Assembly: GCF_038025025.1 (NCBI RefSeq)
Contig: NW_027117343.1
Coordinates: 558,001 to 622,000 of the forward strand
Source of the DNA: Phyllosticta citribraziliensis
Taxonomy: Eukaryota
Reading direction: 5' to 3'
Length of the DNA stretch: 64,000 nt
The notes under the pieces were generated by a model. It made no database searches. It worked only from the letters and a program-made list of their open reading frames with translations, and was not told the DNA's origin. A program made the translations under genes and the position numbers. Positions 1 through 12,392 of this stretch are shown here, piece by piece (within the stretch, counting starts at the first letter, position 1; each line of letters begins with the position of its first letter).

Positions 1-269
1 CTTGGGGTACGGCGCCACGATTGACATGTCGATGAATTGGTCTAGGTGCTTGTGCAGCCGGACCAAGTTGGCGCGGTGCGCAAAGGGGCAGAAGAGGCCT
101 GCGGTTGTCAGCTGGAGTGTTGGGGGGGAGGGTGTGGATTGTGGGTGGACGTGCCGATGTACAGGTGGTAGCGGTCGGCTTCGGGAGGGAATTGACTGCC
201 TGGAGCTATCATCGCGTGCCAGCCGTCGTCGGTGCCCGGCTTGTGAATGTCTGGGTTGGTGGTGCTCAT
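1..269 (-). CDS. Glutathione S-transferase, Xi/omega-like class (glutathionyl-hydroquinone reductase, ECM4/YqjG family); 5' part, runs off the window start
   Basis: ATG at 269 gives MSTTNPDIHKPGTDDGWHAMIAPGSQFPPEADRYHLYIG; after intron 154-99 it continues LFCPFAHRANLVRLHKHL. FPPExxRYHLY and CP(W/F)AHR are family motifs. Confidence 0.85.
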
Positions 270-600
270 GGTGTCTGCCGTTGTTGTCCAATTGGTGCCG
301 ACTTGCGCGCGAGGTTGATGATATATGGCGGGTAGAGGTCGCGCTCGCGTGAGAGCAGAGATCGAGAGGAGATTGGGAAGCGTAAGTCGCAATAGCGACC
401 GGATGTGTGTGGAAGAGCCGTTGTCTCGAGTAGTCGCGTCATCGAGCTTGAGTGGGGAGCTCTAGCGGAAGCGTTCCGCAGTTCGCAACTCGTCACGCAA
501 GCTACGGAGCACTCAATCAACATCGACAGCTCAGGCATCACTCTACTATTACATCTATTGACTACTCATCCTCCATCTACAGCCGCATTTACAGCACCAT

Positions 601-2669
601 TCACACTCTTCTCTTGTCGTACCCAACGCCTTTACCCACCGGACAATTGTCGATATTCGCCTTCCACTCGAGCTCCGCGAATTTGGGAATGACCTGGTTG
701 CTCTTGAACGAATCTGGGAGATAGGCCTTCGCGTCCTTCGCGGTATACTTTGCTCCGACCTTACTCAGCGCACCAACAACATACTTTTCGATGAAATTGA
801 TGTAGATGACGTCCACCTTGTCAGGCAGCGTCCCATCAGTCGGAAAAGACGCGTTCGCCTGCACGTCGTTGGGCAGCGGATACGCCGTAACGTTGACGTG
901 CGGCGTGTCGTCGCCGTCTTCTCCAAAGTCGTCCTTGGTCACGTATCCCGGCGTAGGGTCGTAATCTGAGCGGCGCGTGAGGCGGTTAGGCTCGCCACGC
1001 TTCACGAGACCGTCGTGAAAGACGGGCGGGTCGACACATTCCTCTTGGTCGACGAGAGACATTCCGTTGAAGCCAAAGTCGCGTGGCGTAAGATCCAGCG
1101 AGCGCTTCTGATATGGTCCGGCGTTCATGGTGTCGAGGACTGTCTTGGCCTGGTCCCACGGTACATCGGGAAGGTATTTGAATGTGTTTTCGAACGGGCT
1201 GACAATGAAGGAGTCGTCGTACGTGAATGGTCCCTGGACCAGGTCGAAGCGAATGTTTCCCGTGTTGACGAAGATGATGCGAGGTTTGTCTTTTCGCTCC
1301 TCGTTGACGACGATCTTGCTCAGTGCCTCCTCGAGCAGCTTGTAGATGCTGCCCTCGGTGCCAAACGGCTTGCAAAATATGCAATACGTTCTGGGAGCGC
1401 AACCAATCAGCCTAGTCAGGTTTAGTTGGCTGCGGACTCCAGTGATTGTGGCCGTCACGGCTTTGCCCTGCTGCGTGTCGAAATCCGTGTCCTGGCTGCG
1501 GTCCGCGTGGTAGGCAAAAGTCAATCGGTTCCAATCGAGATACCTCCGCGAGTAGACCAGTGAAGAGGGAGTCTTGGATTGTGGGAGGGACTTGTCTCGT
1601 TCTGCATCTTCGACTGGTTCTGCTGGACGCGAAGGGCCAGGAATTCCTAGTGGCTGCTGCGCCTTTGACGCCTCCAGGCCTGCAATGGAGATCCACCCCA
1701 GTGTCTCGCAATACCGTCCGGACTCTATGGCGGTGGCCTTGTTATCGTACACGACGAAATCTCGCATGTGCGTGTGTCCACCAAAGATTTGGATCGGCGT
1801 GTCAGGAAACTTGTCGCGAATGGCGCCGTAGTACTTGCCCATGGTGCTGGTCTTGTCCGTGGTCCGCGCCGCATTATGCCCAATCACGACAAACATGTCG
1901 ATTGGCTGGTCGAAGTTCAAGGCATCCTGGAACCACTGCTCCTTGAGCACGTCGTCGGCCTTGACGACCTTGGACACGTTGGAATTCTTGTCAAAGTCGA
2001 AGATGAATCCAAAAGCCATGATGCGGAGCCCGTGCTCCGTGGTAAAGTAGCGATACTGCTTGCCAATGTATTCGAACTGGCCGTTCGCTGGGTTCAGTAT
2101 CTTGACATTGGACGTCAAGTATCGATCTCCATAAACCTTGGCGAATTGGTTGAAATGCTCGTACGCAATCTCGGTGACGTACAGCTCGTGATTTCCAATC
2201 GTGAGCAAATCGTAGTCAATGTTTTGGAAAATGGGATTCGAAAGTTGGCCATTTGGGTCGGTTGCGTCTGAAAGGCCGATACCATCATGCAAATCCTGTC
2301 AAGTCTTAGAAAGCGTTGATGATTCGGGGACTGTCTTACACCAGTATCAATGAGGAGCAAGTCAACACCGTATTCTTGCGCTTGACATTTCATGGCTGCA
2401 ACAAACGACACAAAATCACCCCAATCAGCGCCATAATTTTCCTCTTTGATGTGTCCTTCGAGCCAGCCATGCGTGTCGGTTGTGTGCAAAAAGTTGATTT
2501 GACCCCATTCCAGTGGTCCCTTGGGCGGATGTGGAGCCTCTTCGGCGTCTGGCTGCATCCGCTTGACCTTGCGGGTCATGACCGCGTCGTTTTGCGGCCC
2601 ATTGCAATCTTCGCAGGCGAGCGCGGGCACTCCAACACCAACAAGATACAACAAGTTGGAAAAACGCAT
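601..2669 (-). CDS. Secreted/vacuolar calcineurin-like metallophosphoesterase, 5'-nucleotidase family
   Basis: Signal peptide [18 protein letters not shown]; metal-binding motifs HTTDTHG, DTGDLHDG (across GT-AG intron 2339-2296), GNHE, GH, GGHTH; C-terminal nucleotidase-like domain (NTGNIRFD). Confidence 0.88.
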
Positions 2670-3282
2670 GCTCGACCGAAATGTCGGAAATGGCAAACCT
2701 AGACTAGCTTGGCTTGAGCCGCGAATGAGGAGTGAAAGCGGCACCAGCACTTATCAACTATTCGGCCAATAATTTGCTTGGCTGCCTTGCATGGGGTAGA
2801 CAACCTATCACCGCGTGCGAATGCTTAGCGTGGGCAGGCCGTGTAAGAAGGATGACACCCCTGCCGTTGTCCGCCGTTTGTCCGCCGTCTGTCAGCTGTA
2901 CCAAGTGTTCAGCCACCGCCGCCGTTGAGAAAAGAACAAAATCTGTTCTTTATCCGTTAATGTTTCGGGAATTTGTTCCACACGCCCGACTCCGACCGCT
3001 CCAACCGGGAAACTCGCTACGTTTAACGTGCTATTCGCTGGACGTTAATGAGCTGTCAGCGAACCCCTGTTTCGACAATGGTTCTTCCCCGCCTTGCGTC
3101 TTGGCTGCATTGTGTCTAAAGATCAACTGCCGTCACCTGCCGTTTCTGCTTCCATGTGTCGATCAAGGCACTGTTTAAATCTGCTGTGTAATTCTGGGTG
3201 CCAGTGCTGAATCAGCTACCATGGCAATGCCAACGTGACAAATCATCAACAACCGGCCATGCGCAGACGTCTCTCTGCAAGT

Positions 3283-4138
3283 CTACCATGCCCTAACCTT
3301 TTCCACAAAATTCATCTCTTCCGCGTCAAACTTCACTTGCAAAGCCTCTGCGATCCGCGACACAAGCTTCGCAGCAGCGCAAATTTCGACGCCCGAGTTC
3401 CCCATGTTGCGCGCACCATACATATGGCTGTTCACCGTCAATACCAAGACAACGCCAACGGGTTTTCATAGCCAGACGGCGTGGAGCGGAAGACCTTACC
3501 CTTTGGCTTGCGGCGCTGCCGAGACGGCATAGCAGCAGACAAACTCCATCAGCGCGCTCTCTTTGGCATTCAAAACCCGCTCGTCCGCCATCAAATCCCC
3601 GTATACGCACGTAACCGCAACGTCTCCAAGCACCCCGCCGGACGAAATATTGAGGTTGTGTAGCACTCGCTCCGTATGCTGCGCATACAGCCGTCGAAAG
3701 AACTCTTTGCCACGCTTCTGTCGCTTGGTCACTGGAACATGTTCTCGCGCTTCTTGGTCTTGCTCGATTTCAGCCGCGATGCGCGGAGAGGTGCCCTGAA
3801 CGGCGGTCCGGAGGATGGCGAGGCCGTTGATGCCCTGTCACTGTAAGAGTTCTGGCCGACCACATCGATTACGAGGTCGATCTTACTCGGGGGAAGCCAA
3901 CCAGTGGAGTCGCTTTCAGCAGCGCTTCTCGAACGCGCCGTGCCGCCGTCCCTTGCGCCGCTGGATTCCCGGCATGCGCAGCTGCGATTTGTTGCCAGAG
4001 CTCGGCAACGCGCTTCTCGGCTGCAAAGGCAAGCAGTGCTGCTGCTGCATACACGTATGCGATGCTGTATTCCAGGCCTCGTGGGTCATGGGGGAAGAGC
4101 TCGGTCAGCGAGTGGATATCCAGTACCGGGGCAACCAT
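3283..4138 (-). CDS. AhpD/carboxymuconolactone decarboxylase-like protein (about 2 introns)
   Basis: Exons MVAPVLDIHSL...VREALLKATPLVGFPR / GINGL...RGKEFFRRLYAQH...YGDL...PQAK / GHMYGARNMG...AW*; REALLK..L.GFPR and GH..GA.N.G are typical of the fungal AhpD-like family. Confidence 0.7.
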
Positions 4139-4728
4139 TTTGACTTGAAGCAGCGACAGCGAAGACGATAACAGCACGCAGAGCTCACACAGCTCGGGAA
4201 ACGCGTTCTTTTGCTTTGTCGCGTTTTGAGGAAGGACGTCGCAGGTAATTTGGCGATGCTGCAGTCATCCTTCGGCGCCAGAACTAGCTCCGCGGGCGAT
4301 GTTACAGCTCTCGCGGACGCACCACGCCAACATGTGAGTTCACCATTTCAATTGTCCAAACGAGTTTGATCTTGATCAGGATCCGCTCGCAGAAAATAGG
4401 CAAAATTTAATCTTGTCCAAATCGGGTTCGTTGCCTTCACACAATGCCCTCGTTCGATTGTGCTGCTGATTGTCACACATTTTATGACGAGCACGATGAT
4501 AGGCATTCGCTACTATATCCAGCGACTTTTTTTTTCTTCTCTCGGCTTAACCAACTTTTCTCCTATAACCTCGTTCTGTCTGCCTGCGAGTATTCCGACA
4601 ACTTGACACTGAACAATCATAGCCACATATCGGTATTCCCCTTGCCAGATGCTCCAGATTGGAGTGTCTCTAAGCGATAAGGGCTGTAGAATCAAATAGC
4701 AATATTTTTGGAAACCTTTCATCAAAAT

Positions 4729-4807
4729 GCGCCAGTGGTTTAGTGGTAAAATTGATCGTTGCCATTCATGACTCGATCAGCCCCGCGTTCGATTCGCGGC
4801 TGGCGCA
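4729..4807 (+). tRNA. tRNA-Gly(GCC) with an 8-nt intron (4765-4772)
   Basis: Cloverleaf: acceptor GCGCCAG/CTGGCGC, D arm GTTTAGTGGTAAAAT, anticodon stem GATCG/CGATC with TT-GCC-A, T arm CCGCG-TTCGATT-CGCGG, A73; downstream T-run (Pol III terminator). Confidence 0.93.
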
Positions 4808-4823
4808 AGTTTCTTTTTTTTTC

Positions 4824-5070
4824 TTTCTCAACACCATGAGATGGTGACCATGGTGAGGATGGTAGGATGGTAAGGTGCTTGGTTAAGAGTGGTGGTAGCT
4901 AAGGTGGTGGTGGAGGAGTCACTTACCTTTTTTTCTTTCTTTTTCTTTCTTTTTTTTCTCAACACCATGAGATGGTGGTGATGATGGTGAGGATGCTACA
5001 TATTCCGTAAGGATGATGAGGTGCATGGTCAAGAGTGGTAGCTAAGGTGGTGGTGGGGCAGTTACTTACC
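4824..5070. repeat. Imperfect tandem duplication (~105-115 bp units at 4824-4927 and 4955-5070) separated by a T/C tract
   Basis: Both copies start TTTCTCAACACCATGAGATGGTG, contain AAGAGTGGT..GGTAGCTAAGGTGGTGGTGG and end ACTTACC. Confidence 0.85.
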
Positions 5071-5176
5071 GACTGAGGCGCCAGTAGCGCCTTACTTACC
5101 TCATAAAATTTCACTCATACTTACATCTCACACCTCAGGTAAAGCCTAAGGTCTAAGATACTTAGGATAGGTAGTA

Positions 5177-5238
5177 CAGCCCTGGGTTCGGTTCGATTCC
5201 CGGCTGACGCAGTTGTTTTTGCCATTCATGACTGCGTC
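5177..5238 (+). pseudogene. Rearranged tRNA-Gly-like relic (T arm/acceptor 3' half followed by an anticodon+intron segment)
   Basis: CAGCCCTGGGTTCGGTTCGATTCCCGGCTGACGCA resembles 4778-4807; TTGCCATTCATGACT at 5219-5233 is identical to 4759-4773; no 5' half or D arm visible. Confidence 0.55.
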
Positions 5239-6710
5239 AAAGCGTTGTGGTGGTGTTTGGAGTGTGTTGTTTTGATCAGGGGGTGATCCGGAGCATTTTG
5301 GTGTCGGGGAGTCGGGGAAGTGGAAAACTGAACTCCAGCGCACGGACGCGGTTGATTCCCTTTCTGCACGGGTACAGTGATGGCGAACTGCCATTGGCCA
5401 GCTTAAAGCTACTGCAGAGTCCTCCTCACCCGATTGGGAGCTTTTTGTGTCTCACTCAGCAGCTTGGGGTGTTCGCTGCGACTTCACTTCTTTCCATGCA
5501 GTAGAGAGGCTTCGACAATATCTGCGACTCAACACTGCGGGGACACGCAGCGGGAACGGGGATCCGAGCTATGGTTGAGCCGATTGGATCGTTTCGCCCT
5601 TGGTTCGCCGCCCGCACCACTTTTGCCCAACGGGCACCGGACCAGCGGAAGAACCTCTTCAACCAAGGAAGTAACTTTTTCCATCCTGCGATACAACGTC
5701 ATCAAACGCCAGGCTACGACACGCAGCTCTTGTCAGTCCCACACTGTGCCCCATCAAAACTTTGCGAAGTGCACATTCGAGAGTCAGCGGAGCTGCGCAA
5801 AGCACCGTGGCTCAGACTGGTCCTTGACTCGGTCCACAAGCCAAGAAATCTGATCCGCTGCCCAATTTGAACCAAGAGATTGTGGTTGTGGTTTGCGAAT
5901 CATCACCCCAGCGTTCAACAAGGCGCGCTTGACCGGAACGCTTGGGCAATTGTTGAGCTCGCCTAAGCGCAGCATCAGAGTGCGGTTGAGCTCCAGTCGA
6001 GATATGCTCGACCAGGATAGTCGTTGTGGTCTCATTCGGATAGCGACGCACCTCATCAACCTTGGATCTACCCGATGGCAGCAACTGATGTTGGGCGAGC
6101 AAACATTCAGTCAAACGGCGGCCGGAGCGTTCTCCATTCGGATAGATCCGGCCAACATGCTAACCGTAAATGGCAAGTTTGGCAACCGCCGGACTCCTTG
6201 CTGTGATCATCAAGTGGTGCTCAGTCATCGGTCCTTTGATGCTTGAAGAGCATTTCTACACCATTCTGACCGCATATAGAATGCCCCATGCCAGCATTTC
6301 AGGGGCATCTCCAAATGGTACCCGACAAGCCCTCTCGTATCTGGAAGATTGATATCTTAGACTGTTCTGACTCGAAGGTCGTCTGGATTAAGTAAAGGCA
6401 ATATTCGTTGATCAAAATTGGGGCTTCTAAGAATCGCAACCGTCATTTGCCAAGTGGAATTATTCTGGATTAACTAAGCCACGCGCATGCATCGGCACCA
6501 CGGCTAGCGCCCCGGACTGAATCAAGTCCACGAAGTATTGCGATAGTCAAGAGACACGTCGCAAACGCTGGCTTTCAGAAACTCAAAAGTGGGACAAGAT
6601 GATGATATTTGTAGGCGTCGAAGCGACCAGGTTGAATCGAAACTTCTCTCCAGTCTTCTCGTTTCGTTGAACTCCAATCGTTCTTGTCCCCGGCAGACAG
6701 GCGAGCTATC

Positions 6711-8350
6711 ATGGCAGTAACACGACCCAAGAACATCATCTTCGACATTGGCGACGTCTTTTGCAGCTGGACACCGCCAACGACTCCAACCATCTCACCA
6801 AAGCTCCTCAAAGAGTTTCTCGATTCGCCAACGTGGCACGCGTACGATTGCGGCTCATTCGGCCAAGAAGAATGCTACACACGACTGGCCGAGCAGTTTG
6901 GCGTCGCCGCAGCCGATATCGCCCACGCGTTCCAGCGCGCTCGGGATTCATTGGCGCAAGAAAAAGTCCTGGTCGACACCATTCTCGAGCTGAGAAGAGC
7001 ACATCCGGAACTGAAGGTGTTTGCCATGTCCAACATCTCCGGACCAGATTGGGCGTATTTGAAGAAGAAGGAGTTCAACTGGGAGATTTTCGACCGCGTG
7101 TTCACGTCGTGCGAAGCCGGCATGTCGAAACCTGACCTCCGATTCTACCGCCTTGTGCTGGAGCAAGCAAACGCATCGCCCAGCGAGACCGTCTTTGTTG
7201 ATGACAAGCTGGAAAACGTCATTGCTGCGCGCTCGCTTGGAGTGACCGGCATTGTTTGCGAAAACTCTGCAGAAGTCCGTCGAAAGCTCCTCAATCTTCT
7301 CAGTGATCCAGTTCAAAGGGGAAAAGAGTGGCTCCAGAGAAACAAAAAGACCCTCTACTCTCAGACTGACAATGGGGTTGTTGTGCGCGATAACTTTGCC
7401 CAGCTCCTCGCCTTCGAAGTGACCGGAGATTTGTGAGAAATCTCCACCCATACTTGGAATTTGTGAGCTGATGTCGTGTGGCAGAGATCTCTTCGAGCTG
7501 AGGTACCACGATCGCACTTGGAACTATTTTATCGGTCAGTCTGTGGTTTTCATGGGGGTCGATTAAAGCGTTGACGATGTTCAGATACTTTGGAAGGGTT
7601 CCCGAATGACGTCGACACCACTTCATACGCGTACAAACTGTTGCCCCTGGATCCAAAGATGGCGCATTCAATCATTGACGAGATGTTGTCTTCAAAAGGA
7701 CTGACGGGCGATGGAATTTTAAAGGTAATAGCCTGCCTCTTTCCGCATAGAAACGCCCGAAACTGACGGTCTTCAAGGTTTACTTTTACCCCGGTCGAGC
7801 GCGGACAGACCCCACTGTCTGCATCAATGCATTGCGGCTGTTGTACAAGTACGGTCGCGGAAACGAAGAACAAGTGAAGCCGACCAAGGATTGGATCCAC
7901 AACGTGCTCTTCTATCGCGCGTACTTGCAAGGCACGCGGTACTACCACAGCCCAGACACCTTCTTGTACTTTTTTGCGCGCCTACTGGCAGAAAATCCGG
8001 GGTCAGATATGTATCGCAGCACAGCGGCGCTTTTGCAAGAGCGTCTGCGAGAACGGACAAATGTGCAATCGGACGCCTTGGAGCTAGGGATGCGCATTGT
8101 GGCATGCCATTTGATGGGGATCCGAGACGATCTGGACCTCGTCCAGCTGTTGGATATGCAAGCTGAGGATGGTTCTTTCGAGATGGGCTACCTCTGCATG
8201 TACGGAAAGACAGGGGTGAAGCTCGGCCACCGAGGTCTTACGACCGCGCTTGCAATTCGCGCGGTGGAAGCGTCGGTGCCTTCGAAATCATCATCGGCCA
8301 ATCAAGAGATGGGCGTGCATCGAGGCAGAAGTAGCCTGAAACGGCTGTAG
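6711..8350 (+). CDS. HAD-like phosphatase fused to class II terpene cyclase (AstC/DrtB/AncC-type drimane sesquiterpene synthase family); 3 introns
   Basis: N-terminal HAD domain (IIFDIGDV, MSN, KPD, VFVDDKLEN); spliced C-terminal part gives WNYFI, FPNDVDTTS (DxDTT at 7608-7622), RTDPTVCINAL, GTRYY.SPD.FLYF and the QW-like repeat QAEDGSF. Confidence 0.85.
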
Positions 8351-9912
8351 GAAGTTGAGGTTGGCGAATGTAAGAGTCGGCCTGGAGGCAGTGGACTTCA
8401 ATAAGGTGGGTCAGGGTTGATCAAAAGAGTCCGTACAGACGTCCATGTGACAGCGTTTCGACATGCCCCTGGAGGTGCAGAAATCGGAGTCTTTAGCTTC
8501 ATTTTTTTGCTCACTCACCAAGATCGCGGTCCGAGCCATGTTTGAATTCGACGTTACAAGGTGCGATTCGATCACGACTTGAAGTGATCTTTTCGGTGGC
8601 GAGTGTCGCGTTCCCAGCGTTGCTGGGTGAACGGAGTCGCGATCCATGGTAAGAAAGCAGACACTTTCACGGTCGCTTAGCGGTCCAGTTTCGGCCGGCG
8701 TCGCATGGAATCAGTCGTCGCGCCGCCTCAGTCCTCATCACACTTCATCTCGAACTCCCCAGGCCGCAGACAATTTTCATCACCGCCTTTGATTGTGGCT
8801 TTTTTCGCGACTCATTAGTCTCGAACCCTAGACTCTGGAGCTCTTCGGCGTCATCTTCAACCAATCCACTGGCGCTAACCTGATGATGGGGGAAGAGGAA
8901 GCCCGTGGGAACCGAATTTCCAATTCTCAGGGCGTCGATCCAGTTCCATGGTTCACGAGGACAACACCCAATCGCTCATATCCTACATAACAGAAAACAA
9001 TCGCGACGGTCTTGCTATCTGACGAGGTCTTTGCGAGTGGTTGGTGAAGAATGTACTCTGATCTTGGGCGACTCGGTCCGTTTGTCGGCGGAGTGATGAG
9101 CACTGCTCGATTCTCAGAGGGCAAAAGGAATGACGTTCTCTATTCAAGTATATCCTCACTTTCCCACCAATTTCCGGGCAAAACTGAAATTTTCAAGACG
9201 AGACGTAGGAAAGTGGTCAAGGAAGAACAAACCTGTCCAAGATGTGCGCAACTGTTTAAAAGAGAGAGAACGCTTAGCAGCGATCAGCCATGTCCGCAAC
9301 TTTGCGGGAGTCAAAAGAGGCGGCCCGTAGGTCGCTTGTAATTCACCGCTATTGGACGGCTGCTCGATTCTGACGATACGGCTGCTGCAAGTTTCGGGGA
9401 ATACATGTTCGTGGACCAGTTTGACCCAAGAGCCATCGAGCGCGCAACGTACCAAACATCGCTTCCGGGTACCTCACGTTATTGCTGCCACGTACAATCC
9501 TCGACCTAATCTTGCAACTCTCAGAAACCTGGTTCAAGTCCCAACAACCTTCAAGCCCTGGTTTTGGTCGGCACTAGTGGCCTGGTTTCCAAAGATGCCT
9601 TCGCCCACACATTGTGACGAGGACTCGAAAGACAGTCCAAAGTCAAATTGTAGCCTCATGTTTTGGTTGTCTCTCAGTCAGTACCGAAATCGTTCGAAAG
9701 CTCGAGACTTTAAGATGCTCTGGAATCCCCCGGCCAGGTTGCAGAAACGATCTCCAACAGCGACCTCTTTCAATCGAAGACTCGATCTCCGAACCGCACG
9801 AAAAGTCCCCTTCTTACGCCTCTGCAACCGTCAGCCTAAGTCCCTGAAAGCCCCTGGCTGCCAAAAACTCTACTTGGCATCGTCTCAACAAGTAAAAACA
9901 CCCAACGAAGCA

Positions 9913-12392
9913 ATGGGCACCTACGGATTCAAGCAGCAGCAGGGCGAGCACAACAACAGCGCCAACGTAAGTGCAGACACAATCCCTACTCTTTCATACA
10001 ACATGCTGACTTTGGCAGTCTGTTGGCCCCCTTTACGGCCATGAGAATGATGACTCCATGTTCACCATAGGACATCCCCATGAATCTGGTAATCTCCATG
10101 CACAGGGACACGTCCAGGGATCCGCTCAAATGCCAAAATTCCATCAGGGTCCTTCTGATGTCTTGCAGCATCCCCAGAATCACGCCTTGCATCAGGGAGT
10201 ACCCTATGCCCCAAACCCGCTCGAACAACACATGGAGCAGTTCCCATCACAGCTGAAATTTGAGCTGTCCACGTTGACATCCCGCGTTGAGACGCGATTT
10301 AAAGTCACTTTCACCCTGTCCAATGCGCAAATGGGAGTGAAGAGGGTCCGTCTCCCTCGCCACTTAATCAGCAACGACAGGTATCTGGCTAAGAACGAAG
10401 AGGCGGCGAATCGCCAGACCTTGCAATTGCGCACTTTGCTGGTGAGCGCAGATACCATGGAGAGGCCGGAGATCAAGCTTGAGGCGCTGAAAGAAGCGGC
10501 TACCGGCTCGCAGAAGTCGGCGCGGGAAGTGAAAATCTGTACGGCTTGCATTAACCGCGAAATCAAGCGGGCAAACAGAAAGAAGGACAACAGTAAGAAT
10601 CCTTGGAAAGGAGAGCAAGGGAAGCGGGCAGTCATCCTCAGCGGTGAGGAGTACTCCACTTGGGAGCGTCACCAGGTCGAGAATGGGAAAATTGACCTGC
10701 AGTTACAAATGGATGTACGCATTGCCTGTTACTGCCGACATCATGACAGCAAGCAAGGCTTCTGGTAAGCTAACTCCAGTCCCCCACATGAAGCAGCAAT
10801 TGCTAACTCTACTTAGCATAATCTTCACGCTCGTGGATTGTGAAGGTAGATGGGTTGCACAGGGAATGACACCTCCCATCTACATCACTGATAACCACAA
10901 GGACACTCCTGCCAAGGGGGAGAAGTTGGAGGAAAAGACCACCGGCAGCCAAAGGGTCCACAAGCGTTCTAGGCCAGCGGAAGCGGGTCCTGAAGAACCT
11001 GCAGCGCGTATAAAGCCTCCAGCTAAAAGAGTTTGCAAAGAGGACCCTCGCAAACGCCAGATCCGGAAGTTGCAGGACATGCCACCCATGGGCCCAAACA
11101 ACCTTCCACCCAACCTTGCCGCTACCTCTCGCCCTGTATTCCAACCAACACACGGTTTCGATCTGAACACCGGTATGGGACAGATATTGGCGTCCCATCA
11201 ACCACAGTTTCCATCGAATAATGCTCTTCCCCTGGGAGCTTCCGCCCACATTCCGAACAACCCGCAACAGACTTTCTTAGAAATGGATCCAACGCAGCAG
11301 CAGCCCCACTACTCATACGCTAGTGCCAACGCGCATCCGCAGCAGCCTTTCATGGAAGGAATGCCTCCAATGCAGCAACAGTCCGACTACGCATACTCCA
11401 GTGCCAACGCGCATCCGCAGCAGCCTTTCATGGAAGGAATGCCTCCGATGCAGCAGCAGTCCGACTACGCATACTCCAGTGCCAACGCGCAGCCACAGGG
11501 TGAAAGAGCTCATAATATTTACAATGTCAATTTCGTCAGTATGGCCCAAAACCTGGCGCAAAACGTCTATACGAATCGGGCAGACTATGCGAGCACTTTC
11601 GGCATGAATCAAGCACAAACGGCAGGCGCAAATCCGCTGAGTACTTCTGGAACGAACCCGTATCCAAACATGGCAGCAGACGCGGGGTACTCCCGTACCA
11701 ATGGCGGCGTGGACCTCACTGATTTTGCCAACACTGGACCGTACAATAACGTCGGCATGGGCTCTCCGGACATGGCCCGACATAGAGGACCATTGAAGTG
11801 TGACTTCGGGATCCTGCCGAACGCTCCCAATGCGAGCGCGTTGAATGATGGCGCCATGGGCCAGTCGAACATGGTCCCACACGAGGAACCGTTGAAATAT
11901 GTCGCAATGATCCCGAATGCTCCTAATGCGAGCTCGGTGAATAATGGCGGCATGCTACCGTTCACTCCCTATCCGAGTGCGTTGGATAATGGTGGCATGC
12001 CTCCGAACGCTCCCAATGCGAGCGCGTTGAAAAATCGTGCCATGGCCCCGTCGAACACGGCCGCAGCCCCGACCCCATGGGAAAATAGCAATATGGACGC
12101 TCCTTATTTTTTCAACATGTCCCAAGCTGGGGAAGGGGCTTACGCCAACGCCGCAGAAATTGCCTTGCCCAACGCTGCCAGCATGGGCTCGTCGAGTCCT
12201 CCTGAAGGGGGCCCTGCGGGCGCAGTCGACTTATCTACGCAGGATGTAACCAATCCGTGCCCAAGGAACATGGTCACGTCGGGTACTGCGGGCACGGTTG
12301 ACGACTTCTATCCGGAAACGTGCGAAACGTCCGGCTGGGGCGATTTCGACGAAGAAGAGTTCATGACGAGTTTCGATAATTTTGCGTCCTGA
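9913..12392 (+). CDS. Spt23/Mga2-like transcription factor fragment (N-terminal domain plus low-complexity tail; no IPT, ankyrin or TM region)
   Basis: Introns 9967-10018 and ~10765-10816 join in frame; motifs SRVET, ICTACINREIKRANRKK, RIACYCRHH, IFTL.D..G, PIYITDNHK match the Spt23/Mga2 N-terminal region; the rest is Q/N/P/M-rich with an acidic end. Confidence 0.7.
11322..11495 (+). repeat. In-frame 78-bp (26-aa) tandem repeat, ~2.2 copies
   Basis: SANAHPQQPFMEGMPPMQQQSDYAYS at 11322-11399 and 11400-11477, near-identical at DNA level, plus a partial third copy. Confidence 0.9.

Noticed and set aside
3283..4138. AhpD-like gene as a member of the cluster
   Set aside because: Lies outside the left tRNA, ~9 kb from the first cluster gene, with nothing in the sequence linking it.
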